Below, in pieces: positions 26,077 to 38,894 of a stretch of DNA of 64,000 bases (position 1 is the stretch's first letter; each line of letters opens with the position of its first letter). The notes beneath the pieces were generated by a model, which saw only the letters and a program-made list of their open reading frames with translations, ran no database searches and was not told where the DNA came from. The position numbers were made by a program, and so were the translations under genes. Origin of the DNA: Scenedesmus sp. PABB004 (lineage: Eukaryota); the NCBI GenBank assembly GCA_014905635.1, contig JABVCE010000035.1:62001-126000 (forward strand), in the 5' to 3' direction.

Positions 26077-29000
26077 TCAGCGCCGCAGCCGCCGCCCCGA
26101 GGGGCAGCCCGACACGGTCACAGGGAACGTGAGCTGCTTGGTCTCGTACGCCGGCGTGTTGGTGAGGTCGGCCGAGACGTCCGAGGAGAACGTGTAGCTC
26201 CCGCAGTCGTTGGCACCAAACGGACCAAACGTCAGGGTGAAGCTCGACGCCGCGCTGCGGCACACCGGCTCGGCCGGCAGCCCCGGCCCGACGCGCGTGG
26301 GCTGGGCCGCGGCCGGGGCGGCGGAGCCCGCCCTGGACAGCGTGCGGCTGCTGCTGAGCGCGGCGCATTCGCCCTGCACGTCGGTCGTCGCGTCCGCAAA
26401 CTTGTACACCCCGGGGTCGGTCGGCAGCAGCGTGTCACTGCCGGGATTTGCGAAGACGAGCGCCAGCACCGTGCCGTCCATGGGCGGCAGGCCGGTGATC
26501 TTGAACGGGCACAGCACCTTGGCCGGCGGCGCGGGGATGGCGATCAGGCCGTCCGCGACCGTGCCGGGCGGGCAGGCGGCGTCGACCGTCACGAGCTGCC
26601 CCGTGCGCGTCAGCGCGGCGGCCTGGACCTTGGCCACGGTCAGCGCGCTCTTGCCCTGGCCGACGAGCTGCACCGAGCCCTGCACCGTCGCCGAGCGCTG
26701 CCCGGTGAGGCGGCGGACCTTGGTGCTGACCGCGACGGCCACGGTCTTGCCGACCGGCACGGTGAGGCCCTTGGGGGACGTGACGTTGCTGGTGAGCACG
26801 GCGCGCCAGTTGTAGACGACAACGTTGGAGGTCGTGATCTTGTTGGCAATGGAGGGCACCGCGCTGGGCGTGATGTTTAGGTCGCAGCCCGTGACCTGGA
26901 CCTGGGCGATCGTGTTCGACGCAAACGGCGCCTGCACGCCGTTGAGCGGCCGCACGCGCAGCGTGTGCGCGATCTGCGCCCCGGCCGCGGCGGCGGCGGC
27001 GGCGGCGGGGGGTGAGCGCGCGCCGCGGGGCAGCGCAGCCGCAGCGCAGGCCAGCCCAGCGCAGGGCGGCGCAGGCCAGCGCAGGGCCGAGCTGCGCAGG
27101 GCGAGAGGCCGGCCACGCACCGTGTACTTGCCGCACTGATCGTTCTTGAACGGCCCGACCGGGAGCTTCAGCAGCCGGCTGCCCGGCTCGCACGCGCGCA
27201 CCGTCTCGCTCGCCGGCGCGGTCGCCGCGCCCGGCTGCAGCAGCGCGGCGCTGAGGTACAGGCCGAGGATGAGCTCCGCGCACGCGTCGTCGCCGGTGCC
27301 GCCCGCGGCCGCGGCCGGCGCGGCCGCCGGCGCGGTGGGGAAGGAGAAGCTCGCCGGCGCGGAGAGCTCAACGCGGCCGTTGCCGAGCGTGACCTCGGCG
27401 GTGAGGCTGCCGCCGCGCGCGACGCCGCGGAAGGAGGTCGAGTAGGTGCACTTCGCCGAGCCGCCGGGCGGCAGCGACGTCGTGTCGCACGCCGCGGCCG
27501 CAAACGGCACCGCGCCGAGCGCGTTGGCGCGGCGGCCGATCAGCTCCGGCTGCACCTCGACCTTGGCCAGCGTGACCGCGGCCGCCGTGGGGTTGGTCAC
27601 GGTGAGGGAGCCGCTGATCGTGCTCGTCGTGTCGGCCACCTGGCCCCAGCTCACGTTGTAGAACACCTCGCCAGGGGTGCCAAAGGTCAGCTTGGTCATG
27701 TACTGGGGCGCGACGCCGGACGCCGCCCACGAGTAGGTCGCGTTGGCGACCGCGGCCGGCGGCGCGAGCGTCACGCCGACCTCGGCCACGCTCGCCGTCG
27801 TCGCGGGGCAGCCGCCGACGACGAGCGTGAAGGTGCTCGTCGCCGACGGCGGCGCGGCCGCCTGCGCGCTGCTCTGGGGCGTCGCGGTCGCGGTCGCGGT
27901 GATCTGCGCGGGCGGAACCGGACGCGGACGCGGACGCGGCGGCGGGGCCGGCGCGCGTGAGGGCACGCGTCGCCGGCGCGGCGCGGCCTGCCCGCCGGCC
28001 GGCCGGCCCGCCCGCCGGCCGGCCCAGCGGCGGCGCGGGCGCGCGCGCGGCGGCCCGCACCGGGTAGTTGTTGCAGTCGGTGTGGCCGAACGGCCCGAAC
28101 GTGGCGGTGAAGGTGTAGGTGGTGTCGCTGCAGACGAGATTGGATGCAGTGTCGCCGCCGGCCGGCCGGTTGTCCGTGACCGCGAGCGCCGCGGCCGGCA
28201 GCCCCGTCGGCGCGGTCAGCGAGTCGCTGAGCACCGCGCACTTGCCGGCCGTGCCGTCGCCGGCCGGGGCCGCGCCAAAGGTGTAGGGGATGGACGTCGC
28301 GCTGTTGCTCGGCCCCGCCGTCGACACGGCCGAGGCGAAGACGACGCCCGCGGTCTGGGAGTCGGCCGGCACGGTGAAGCTGCACACGACGTTGCCGCCC
28401 GCCGGCAGCACGACGGGCAGGCCGCCGGGGCAGGTCGCCGCCACGGGCGCGCCCGGCGCGCTCGCGGGGAGCGCGAGCGTCGCCGTCACGGCGCTGACGC
28501 TCAGGGGCGCGTTGTTGGGGTTGGCCACGGTGACCTGGCCGCTCACGGTCGCGCGCGCGAGCGGCTCCGTGCGCGTCGCGGTGACCGTGTAGCGGACCTG
28601 CCGGCTCTGCGTGTACGGCAGCGCCAGGTCGGTGCCGTCGGCGCTGCCCACAATCGCGACCGCCCACTCGTAGTTGCCCGCCACGTTGGCCGCGACGGCC
28701 GGGTTGACCGTGACGACCGCGGGCTGGAAGCTCAGCGGCTGCAGCGGCGTCGGGCTCGGCGCGACCGGCCCCGGCGGCGGCTGGGGCCCCGGCGCGGGGC
28801 TGTTGACGGGGCAGTCGGTCACGATGACCTGCACCGTCGCGCTCGACGTCACGACCGACCCGCCCGCCACGGGCGTGGCGCGGGCGTTGTTGGTGATCTG
28901 CGTGCGGGCGCGGGCAAACGCGCGCGGCGGGGCGGGCGGGGCGGGGTGAGGGCCGCGCTCGCGCGGCGCGGCGCCGGCCGCCAGCGCCCGGCCGCTCCGC

Positions 29001-32000
29001 TGGCGCGGGGCGCCCGGCCGCCGGCGAGCGGGGCGCGGGGCGCGGGGCGCGCGGGCGCGGGGCGCACCGTGACGGGCACGTTGCAGATTGCGCCGGTCGT
29101 GGGCACGGGCGAGATGGCGCCGCTGTACGTCCACGTGCGGCTGTCGCAGATCTCCACCTGACCCGGCAGGCCGCTCATCTGGGGCACGTACGTGCCCGCC
29201 ATGCCGCTCGTGGTGGCCGAGTCGGAGAAGCTCACGCAGCCGCCGATGTCCCTGGCGGCGGCGGGCGGCGGGCACGGGAGGGCGGGGTGAGGGCGGCGGC
29301 GCGGGGGCGCGCGGGGCGCGGTCGTGCGCGCGCGGCGCGGCCGCCGCCTCGCGCGCCGCCGGCCGCGCACGCACCACTGCTTGGTCGGGCGCTCAAAGTT
29401 GATGGGCACATCCTGGCTGTACGCGGCGTTGCCGCTCGCGCCGACGACGCCGGCAAAGGTCGAGGCCATCGCCTGCACGCTGCCCGAGAGCGGCGCGCCG
29501 GTGCCGGCGCTGATGTTGAACACGCAGTCCACCTGCGCGCCGCCCTTGAGCAGGAACGTCCCGCTCAGGCCGCTCGTGGGGATGGTGCCGCCCGCGCCGG
29601 TGCCGGTGATGCCGCCGTAGGTCGTGACCGGCGCCGCGGTCTGGCCGATGTTGGACCCGCCGAGGCAGGTCGACGGCAGCGCGCTGAACTGCCCGATCGT
29701 GCTCACGAGCGACACGCTGCTGATGTACATCGCGTAGGGCGCGGGGTTGTTGATGGTGAGCGTGCCGGAGAGCCAGTAGGTCCCCGTCTGGCGCGTGCGC
29801 GTCATCGCGACCTGGTACATCGCGTTGCCGCCCTGGCCCGGCTGCAGCTGGTAGACGTTGGGCTGCGCCGTCTTCTGCATCGACCACGACCACGTGACCG
29901 CGGACCACTGCAGCACGTTGCTGAGCCCGAGCGTGGGCAGCACGTTGCAACCGACGACGCTGAACGTCGCCTGCGCGCTCGAGGTGAGCGTGCCCTGCGT
30001 CGACCCCTGCGCCGGCACGAGCGTGGCCACGTTGGAGACCTGCGGTGCGCGGCGCGGCCGAGGGCGGCCGAGGGCGGCGGCGGGCGGCGGGCGGCGTCAG
30101 CGGGGCGGGGTGAAGGGGCCGGTCGACAGCCCCGCCCGCGCGCGGCGGCCGCGGGCGGCCCGCTGCCTCGGCGGCGGCGGCGGCGAGCGCACCGTGAGCG
30201 CGTTTTGGCACTGCCCGATGCGACCGATGATCATGTTGTACGTGAAGGTGCGGCTGTCGTCCAGCGTGAGCCCCGGCTCGGTGCTCGGCGGCCGGCCGTC
30301 GGCCGGCTCGAAGCGCACCGCCGTCGCGCCCGTGCTCAGCAGCGCGCCAGCCGCAATGCTGGTGCCGAGCGACGCCGCGGTCACGGTGTCGAGGCGGCTG
30401 CGTGCCACGGGGCAGCGCGGGGCGGGGCAGGTGGGCGCGCAGCCTGCGCGCTGCGATCGCCGCGCGCCGCAGGGCGCCGCCCCGTGCCGCCGCGGCGCGC
30501 GCGAGCGTCACACCTGGTGTCGACCTTGTCGTAGATCGAGGCGGTGCCGCCGATGTTGAACGTCGCCGCGGTCTGGTAGTCGTACGAGGCCGCGGGCGAG
30601 GTCGCGGACGTGGTGGAGCCCATCATCGTGACGGTCGCCGTCGCGGTGCCCGCCGCGGGCGCGGCGGGGTTTGTGACGTTGAACGAGCACGACGCGGTCC
30701 CCTGCGCGCCGAGCGTGGTCGGGCTGCAGTTGGAGACCGGCACCGTCGTCGGCTGGCCGCCGCTGAGCGTGATGGTGAGGCCGGAGATCGTCGCCGACGA
30801 CGCCGCGGTGTTCTGCACCGACACCGTGCCCGCGACGTAGCCGACCGTCGACGTGAGCGTGCGCGTCGCGACGATCGAAAACGGCACGCTCAGCTCGCTG
30901 TTCACGTCCGTGCTCAGCCCGCCGCCGCCGCCGGTCTTGTCCAGCTTCCTGCGATGACGCGCGGCGCGGCGCGCGGGCGCGGGCGCGGTGGGCGGCGCGC
31001 GGCGCGGCGCGCGGCCAGGCGGCGCTGGCCGGAGTCTGCTGCCGCGCCTGCCGCCCCGCCGCGCGGTGCGCACCATGAGTAGCTGTTGATGACCGTGGTC
31101 TGTATGCTCCCCACCGACGCCGTCGCGCCCTGGCAGCCGGTCACCGTGATGGACAGCGACGCGGACTGCGTCGGCGTGTCGGTGCGGCCCTGGATGTTGA
31201 GCGTGGCGACGTTGACCGCCTGCATAGGCAAAGGGGGCGGGCGGCGGGCGGCGTCAGCGCGCGCGGGCGCGGCGGGCGCAGGGCGCTGCTGCTGGTCCAG
31301 CGCCCGCCGCCGCTAGCTCCAGCCGCCACTGGCGGCAGTCCCGCCGCCTGTCCCGCCGCCCTGCCGCGCGCACCGTGACGGGCGTGTTGCACATGCTCGC
31401 CGCCATGTTAGAGAAGGTCACGGTGTAGGGGAAGGTCTGCGCGGGCGCGGGCGCGCGGGCGCGGGCGCGTCGGCGCGGGCGTGCGTGGGCGCGTCGGCGC
31501 CGCGCGCGCACAAAAAACGCTCGCCCCGGGCCGCGCCCGCGCGCGGCCGCCGCGCCGCCGCGCCGCCGCGCCGCCGCGCGCGCCTGCTCGGCCGCGGCGT
31601 TGTCGCAGTACTGCATGCCGTTGGGGTTTGGCGAGTAGGCGACCATCGACGACGTGACCGTGCCGCTGTACGCGTCGGCGAGCGTCGCGCAGCTGCCCGC
31701 CTCGGCCGAGCTGTCGCCGGTGAAGCTGTAGGACGCGGTGCCCGTCACGGGGGTGCCGTTGACGTTGATGGTGACCGTCGCGGTGCCCGACTGCGCGGCC
31801 GACACGGACGCGTCGGTCCACTCGGCGGAGAAGGTGCACGACGTCGACCCGCTCTGCACGGTCGGGCTCGGCGTGCAGCTCGGCGCCGCGCTCGCGCTCG
31901 AGCTCGTGCTGAACGTCACGGTCGGCGACGCCGTGAACTGGGCGTCGCTGACGATCGTGAACGAGCCCGTGACCTTGACCTTCTGGCTCGCGACGCTGCG

Positions 32001-32578
32001 GCGCACTTTGATCTCATAGTTCGCCACGCCGCTGCCGCCGACCGGGACCTCCAGCGTCGACGCGCTCGTGAGCGACTTGCTGAAGCTCCAGCTGTACTCC
32101 CGCGTCACCGCGCCGGCGGCGGTGAAGCCCGAGATGGTCACCGTCTGCGCGCGCGCGGCGCCTGCGGGGCGCGCGGGCGCGGGGGCGCGGCGGCAGCAGC
32201 GGTCGGGGGCCCGGCTGGTGACGCCGCCGCGCGGGGCGCGCCGCCGCGCCGCCGCTGCGCGGGCGCGACGCCCTGCCGTCTGGCGTGCGGGCGCCGGTGC
32301 CTGCCCCCGCGCGGCGACGCGGCGCCGGCCGGGCGCGGCCCGCTTCTGCGCTGGTGGGCGCCCGCCTGCTGCTGCCCGTGCGCGGCCCGTGTGCCAGCGC
32401 GCGCGCGTCTCGACGGCTGACCACGCCCCCAGGCACCGCCCGCGGCGGTCCGGGCCGCGCCATGGCGCCAGCCCGCCCCGCACGCCGGCCATGCGCCCCA
32501 GCGCGCCCGCCACCCGGCGCGCGCACCCGCGGCCACCGCCAGCAGGAGCGCCAGCGTACAGGGCCATCTTCGGGCCAT
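26077..32578 (-). CDS. Large secreted Thr/Ser/Val-rich protein with six repeated beta-rich modules
   Basis: Signal MARRWPCTLALLLAVAAG|AARAQ. Modules start at YSWSFSK, YSWKLDK, WSWSMQK, YEWAVA, YSWAAS and YNWRAV, and end ITVTGC, SVVGC, IVTDC, VVGGC, VQVTGC and VTVSGC. C-terminus RRLRR*. Confidence 0.8.
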
Positions 32579-33029
32579 CCGGGGCCCGCCCGGGCGGGCT
32601 GCTGCGCGGCGCGCGCTCGTTGCTCGGTTGCTCGGAGCGCCTGACTGCGTGCTGGGCTGTCCGTCTCTCTAGGCGAGCTGCGCCAATGCCGATGCAGGCT
32701 GTGGCGGGTAGCGCGGGACCCGCTGCTGCTTTGTCGATGAGTGACATCGACTGCTGCAGGCTCGTCAACGAAGCGGCACAGGCGCCCTGACCCGCCGAGC
32801 GCCCCCGATTCCGCTCGTTCCAGGCACTCTTTCCCGCTTCGACTTGATCGGCGCCGCCCGCGCGCCGCCCCAGACGGCAGCAAAAAGTCCCCCCTCCTCC
32901 CTCCCCTTTTGCTCCGACAGGCCGTTTAGAGCCGCGTCGAGTCCCTCTGCATTGGCTGAGCTTGAAGCGCGCCGGCGTGGCGCGCGTGGGCCGCGCGGCA
33001 CGCGCGTCGAGCGCGCGCGGCTAGCTGGC

Positions 33030-35905
33030 ATGCCCCGCCAGTGGCCGCGCCGGCTGGCGGCGCTGCTGCTGGTGCTGGCGGCCAGCGCGGAGCTGGCGCG
33101 AGCAGGTGAGCGGCCCGCGGAGCGGCGGGGGAGCGGTGGCACCGCGCGCCGCGTGCGGTGCCGCCGCTGCTGCCGCACGCGCCGCAGCTCCGGGCGCGCG
33201 CGCCGGACGCCGCGCGTGCATCCGGCGGGGGCGCGCCGGCGATCCGGGCGCGACCCACCCACTCGCGCGCCGCGCCGCGCCCGCCCGCCGCCGCGCAGCG
33301 ACCGACGCGGGTGACGCGGGTGACGCGGTCGCGGCTGGCGCGAGCACCGACTTTTTCCTGCCGCCGCTGCGCATCTTTTTCACGCCCAACCCGCCGCCCG
33401 CGACGGTGGTGACGCTGCCGCCGCTGCCGCCGACGCGGCCGGCGGGCGGCGCGACCACGACGCCCGCGCCCTCTGCGGCCGCGCCCGTGGCGCCCGAGCA
33501 GCCGCCGACCGCGGTGGTGGTGGCGGAGCCGGACTCGACAGTGGTGGTGGTGGTGGAGGAGGACGACGAGCCCGCGGCGGCGCCAGCGGAGCAGCCGGCA
33601 GAGCAGCAGCCCGCGGCGGCGGCACCGCCGCAGCCAGCGCCCGCGGCGGCGCCCGCTGCGGCGCCTGCGGCGCCTGCGGCGCCCGCACCGGCGACGCCGG
33701 CGGCGCCCGTGCCAAAGCCCGCGGCAGCGCCCGTGGCCAAGCCCGCGGCGCCGGCGGCGCCCGTGCCAAAGCCCGCGGCGGCGCCCGTGGCCAAGCCCAC
33801 GGCGCCGGCGGCGCCGCCCGCGGCGGCCGAGCCTGCGGAGGAGCCGGGCGGCACCGAGGAGCCGCTGGTTGAGGAGGACTCGCCGCCGGCGGCCGCGGCG
33901 GCCAAGCCCGCGCCCGCGCCCGCGCCTGCCGCGCCGGCAGCGGCCAAGCCCGCGCCCGCGCCCGCGCCCACGCCGGCCGCGCCCGCCGCGCCCGCGGCGG
34001 CCGGTGGCAGCCGGCCCGCGCTGGGCCCCGCGTTCGCCGCGCCGGCGCCGGCCGCCGCGCCGAAGGCCGCCGCCCCGGCGGCGCTGCCGAGCGCGGTGTC
34101 CAACGTCTCGGCGCCCGCGTCGTGGATCTTCAAGCAGAAGGGCGCGACCAAGACGCTGCTCATCGGCTGCACGCTGCCGTTTGAGGGCTCGCAGCGCCTC
34201 GCGGGCGAGGCGGTGTGGCTGGCGGTGCAGATGGCGGTCGCGCGGCTCGCGCCGAAGCTCGCGCCCGGCGCCAACGTCAACGTCACCTGCCGCAACAGCC
34301 GCTGCTCCGACATCCCGAGCTACATGGCCGTGACCGACTTTGCCGACGAGGGCGCGAGTGAGCGGCCGCGCGCTCGACAACGCGCGGGGCTCGCGCGCGC
34401 GAGCGCACCGCGCCCGCCGCCGCGGCCGCCGCGGCCGCTGCGCCGCCGCGCGCCCGCCCCTCAACTCAACCCGACGCCGCCGCGCCCGCCCGCCCGGCCG
34501 CGCGCGGCAGTCGGCGTGATCGGCGAGGTCTGCTCCCGCGGCAGCGTCGCGGCCGCGGGCGTCGCCAACGCGCGCAAGCTGCCCGTGATCAGCCCCGCGA
34601 GCACCAGCCCCAGCCTCAGCGACAGGGACTTCTTCTTCCGAACGGTGCGCGGCGCGCACGCCGCGCACAGCGGGGTCGCGCGCGGGGTCACACGCGGCGT
34701 CGCGCGCGCGGCGCGGCGGCGGCGGCGGCGCGCTGACCCCGCCCGCCCGCCGCGCGCGCGCGCCGGCGCGCGCGCAGGTGCCGTCGGACCGCTACCAGGG
34801 CGTCGCGGCGGCCGACCTCGTGCGCCTCCATGGCGGCAACAACACGGCGCTGCTGTACGAGGACAGCCCCTATGGCTACGGCCTCGCCTTCAACTTCATC
34901 GCCGGCATCACCAAGGGTGAGGGCTTAGGGATTTTGTGTTTTTGGTTTTTGCTCTGCCCTTGGCCGCGCGGGGCTGCACGGCGCGCCGCGCAGCGCCGGC
35001 CCCCTCCCCTCACGCGCGCCCGACGCCGCACCGCGCCCGACGCCGCGGCCGCGCCTCAACCCTGCGCCAGACGGCGGCAACGTGCCCACGGTCTACCAGT
35101 TCCAGCCGGGCCAGGGGCGCCCCGCGGAGGCGGTCGCTAAGATCAAGGCCGACGTCAAGGCCAAGGGCCTGGACAGCGTGTTCATCTCAACCAACAACCT
35201 CACCTTTGCCGCGGGTGCGCGGCGCTCCCAGCTGCGGCGACTGGCCAAAGCCAGGGTGCGGCCCAGGTCAGGGCCGCACCCAACCCTGGTCAGCTCTTGA
35301 CCCCGCGCCCGCCGCCGCGCCCGCCGCGCGGCGCAGAGGTGCTCGTGCAGGCGAAGGCCGCGGGCCTCGGCGGGCTGCGCTGGTACGGCGGCGACGCGAT
35401 GGCCGACCTCACGCTCTTCGACAACATCGCCGGCCGGCCCTCGGTGCTCGGCAACACGACGATCACGTCCGTGTCGCCCGGGTCGGTGCAGTTTGTGGAC
35501 GACTTCAAAAAGTACGTCAAGGGCGCCGTGTCGTACAACCCCTACGCCGCGCACGCGTACGACGCGGTCGCCGCGCTGCTGCTCGCGCACGCCGCCGCGG
35601 CGGCGCCCAAGGACGGCGCGGCTGTCGTCGCCGCGCTGCAGAAGCAGGCCTTCCTGGGTGAGCGAGCCGGCGCGGCGCGGCGCGGCGCCGTGCGGCGCGC
35701 GGCCGGCGCGGCTCGAATGGCCTCGGCGCGCGGCGCACGCTCACGGCGCCCGCGCGCGCGCGCCGCCGCCACCGCCGCCGCAGGCGTGTCGGGCCCCGTC
35801 GCGTTCGACGAGTACGGCGATTTGGTGCCGAACAACCAGTCGTACGTCTCGGTGACCTTTGACCCGTCCAACGGCGACCCCACCGTGCGCGGCTTCATCG
35901 AGTGA
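33030..35905 (+). CDS. Secreted Pro/Ala-rich protein with a type-1 periplasmic-binding (LivK/LIVBP, ANF-receptor-like) domain
   Basis: Signal MPRQWPRRLAALLLVLAASAELARA; PAAP/KPAA stalk; IGVIGEVCS, PVISPASTSPSLS..FFFRT|VPSDRYQG, EDSPYGYGLA, YAAHAYDAV and GVSGPVAFDEYGD. Confidence 0.87.
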
Positions 35906-36133
35906 CACGCGCAAACGAAGAGCTGCAGGTGGCAGGAGCGGGCGGCGCGGAACGTCGCTGGGGGCACCAATAAGAAGGGGCGCCGCCGCGCGGGGCTGCA
36001 ACCAAGTCTCGCGCGGTCGCAGCTTGAAACCGGCGGGCCCGCGAGACTTTCGGCGGCTGTCTAGAACGTTTAACGAGTCCCACGGTTGCACGGCCGACCC
36101 CACGGCGCCGCTTCTGCAGCGGCTGCCACGCGC

Positions 36134-36168
<35 letters not shown>

Positions 36169-36190
36169 CCGCGCCGCTGCGGGCGCGTGC

Positions 36191-38333
36191 TCAGTCCTTG
36201 AGCGCGGTCAGCTGCTGCGCGACCGCGTGCACGCCCGCCAGCACGGCGTCGCGATCGCGCGGCGACAGGCGCGCCCCGAAGCGCGCGCCAAACTTGTCCG
36301 GGTGCCACCGCATCAGCTCGCGCCGCAGCGCCGCCTTGAGCGCCGCCGGGCCCGTCGCGCCGCCAAAGACGAGCTGCCGCAGCCGATCCTTGTCCAGGGC
36401 GAGCTCGGGGTGCGCGGCGGCAGCGGCGCCGCCGCGCCCCGCCGGCACGAGCGCGGTGCTGCTGCCGCCGCCGGCGAGCGCCGGCGCCGTGGGCCAGGGG
36501 ACGTCGGCGTACGCGATTGGCCGCCCCGCCGGCCAGGCCTCCAGCGCCGCCCAGCGCTCCTCGTAGCTCGCGCGCTGCTTGGGGAGCGCCGCCTGCGCGA
36601 CGCGCGCGCGGCGCGCCACGGCGTGGGCAGGGCGCGGCGTGCCACGGCGCCGCGCGCGGCGCGCCGCGCGGCGAGCCCGCGCACCTCTGCCACCTGGCGC
36701 ATCATCGCGGCGCGCCAGTCCGAGTCCTTGGCCTGCTCCTCCTGCAAGATGCGCGCGCTCTCCGCCGCGGCCGCGGCCGCGCGGCGCGCGCGCTCGGCGG
36801 CCGCCGCGTCGCGCGCGGCCGCGCCGGCGCCGGGCGCGGGGACGCGCGCAGCGCCCTTGGCCGCGGCCGCGGCCGCGGCCGCCGCGCGGCGGTGCTCCTG
36901 CGCGCGCCGCCGCCGCGGGGCGGCGCGGGCTCGGGCTGCGTCCGCGGCCGCTGCCAGGGCGCGGGCCGTGCGCCTGCCCGACCGCGGCGCAGCCCCCCGG
37001 CCAGCGCCCGGCGCGCCGCGCCTGCATGTCGCGCCACAGCCGGTCCGCCCAGACGTCGTCGGCGTCGTCGTCCGCCCCCAGGTCCCGGGGGATGCCCGGC
37101 CCGGCCGCGGCTGCGGCGGCGGCCGCTGCGGCGGCGGCGCCCGCGAGCGCGGCGGCGCCGCGCCCGCCAGCCGGCTCGCCCCACGGTGGCTCAGGCATGC
37201 TGCGCGCGCGGCGGCGGCGGCGCGGTGAGCGCGGCGGTCGGCGGCCCGGGCGCGCGCAGTGCGCGGCGGCCCGCGCCGGCGGCGGCCCGGCGCACCCGCG
37301 CAGCCCGCCCCAGCCGCCCTCGTCGTCGCTCCACTCGTCGGCCAGGCGCGCCCGCCACTCGGCGTCCGGGTCTCGCGCCGGCGCCCGCGCCGCGGCCGCT
37401 GCGGCTGCAGCTGCAGCCGCCGCCGCCGCCGCGGGCCCCTCGCCGCCGCCGCCGCCGCCGTCGCTGCTGCTGCCGCTGCCGCTGCCGCTGCCGCTGCCGC
37501 TGCTGCCGCCGCTGCCGCCGTCGCGCGCCGGAGGCGCCGCGCCGGCGTTGTGGGCTTGCATGATGTCACGCACGCTCAGGCCGGCGTGGTTGGCGACGTC
37601 GAGGTCGGGCGGGACCGCCGCGTGCTGCGCGGCGCGCGGGCGCGCGGCGGCGCGTTGGCGGGCGGGCGCCCAACGCGGCAGCGGGCTGTCGTCGCCTCCC
37701 GCGGCCTCGGGCGGCGCCCGCGCCACCCCCTGGCACGCACCTGGACGAGCTTCGCCAGCGCCGCCCAGTGGCCGTGCATGGCGGCGAGGTGCGCGGGCGT
37801 GTTGCCGGCCGCATCGGCCGCGTGTGCGTCTGCGCCGCGCCTGCGGGGGCGCGGGGCGCGCGTGCGCCGCGCGCTCGCTCGGCGGCGGCGGCGGCGCCGG
37901 CGCGCGCCGCGCCGCGCCGCGCGGCGAGTGGACGGGAGGCGCCCGCGCGCGCGCGCCCACCTCAGCAGCAGCCCCGCGACGTCCACGTGCCCGTGGCGGC
38001 AGGCCTGCGGCGGGCCCGCGCGGCGCCGGCGATCGGGTGCGGCGCGGCGCAGCGCGGCGAGCGAACGTGGGGCGTGCTGGAGCGCACCTGGTGCAGCGGC
38101 GTGGCGCCGTCGCGGTCGGCGTGGCGCGCCAGCTCCGGCTGCCCCTCCAGCAGCGCGCGCAGGCGCCGCGCGCGGCCGAGGGCCGCGTACTTGAGCGCGC
38201 GGCCGCCGTCGCCGCGCAGCAGCGCGCGGCCGCCGCTGCCCGGGCTCGCGCTGCGCTCCCGCTCCCGCCGCCGCCTTTTCTTTTTCTCCTTGCGCTCCCC
38301 CGCGGCGCCGCCGCCGCTGCGCCGCTTGCCCAT
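36191..38333 (-). CDS. NF-kappa-B inhibitor-like protein 1 (NFKBIL1)-like ankyrin-repeat protein
   Basis: Basic N-terminus; ankyrin repeats DRDGATPLHQ|ACRHGH and DAAGNTPAHLAAMHGH; C-terminus IAYADVPWP..LRRELMRWHPDKFGARFG..V.AVAQQL. Confidence 0.78.
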
Positions 38334-38894
38334 TCTCGCCTTTTGCGCCGGGCGCCGCGCGCGGCGCGCAGCGGCCGCGCCGCCGGCGGCCGCGGCGGCG
38401 GCGGCGCCGGCGGCGATCGGTGAGGAGGGCCGGGATGGGGTGGGGGCGCGTCCGGCCGCGGTGCCGTGAGCGTCGGGGCAGCTCTCTCGGGCGCGCGCTT
38501 CCGAGCGGCCGCAGCCGGCGCTGCTGGCCCCGCGCCTGCTCCCAACGCCAAGCGGCGGCCTGTGGCCGGTCCTCCAGGTGGCAGGGCGCCCGTTGGAGCA
38601 CGGCGGGTTTGCGCGGCAGGACCTCGAACGCTGCCTCCTTGCGCCCGCCACCGCCCTCCCGCCCCCGGCGCGCAGACCCGTGTTCCCCCCGCGCACCAGC
38701 CGACCGCCGTGAGCCCCGCACAGCGGCCGAGCGTGCCCTATCTGCTCTCCAGCCCCGCTCTTGAACGCCTCTCTGCCGCCATGGCGGCCTGAGCCCCCGC
38801 GCCATGACCGTCCTGCTGCGCTCCCTGCCCACCAGCACCCGCGAGCAGCAGCAGCGCAGCCCCCGCAGCAGGAGCGCGCAGCGCAGCCCCAGCA

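Noticed and set aside
36290..36312. HPD motif as a DnaJ co-chaperone
   Set aside because: The WHPDKF context with ankyrin repeats fits the NFKBIL1-like C-terminus rather than a canonical J-domain.
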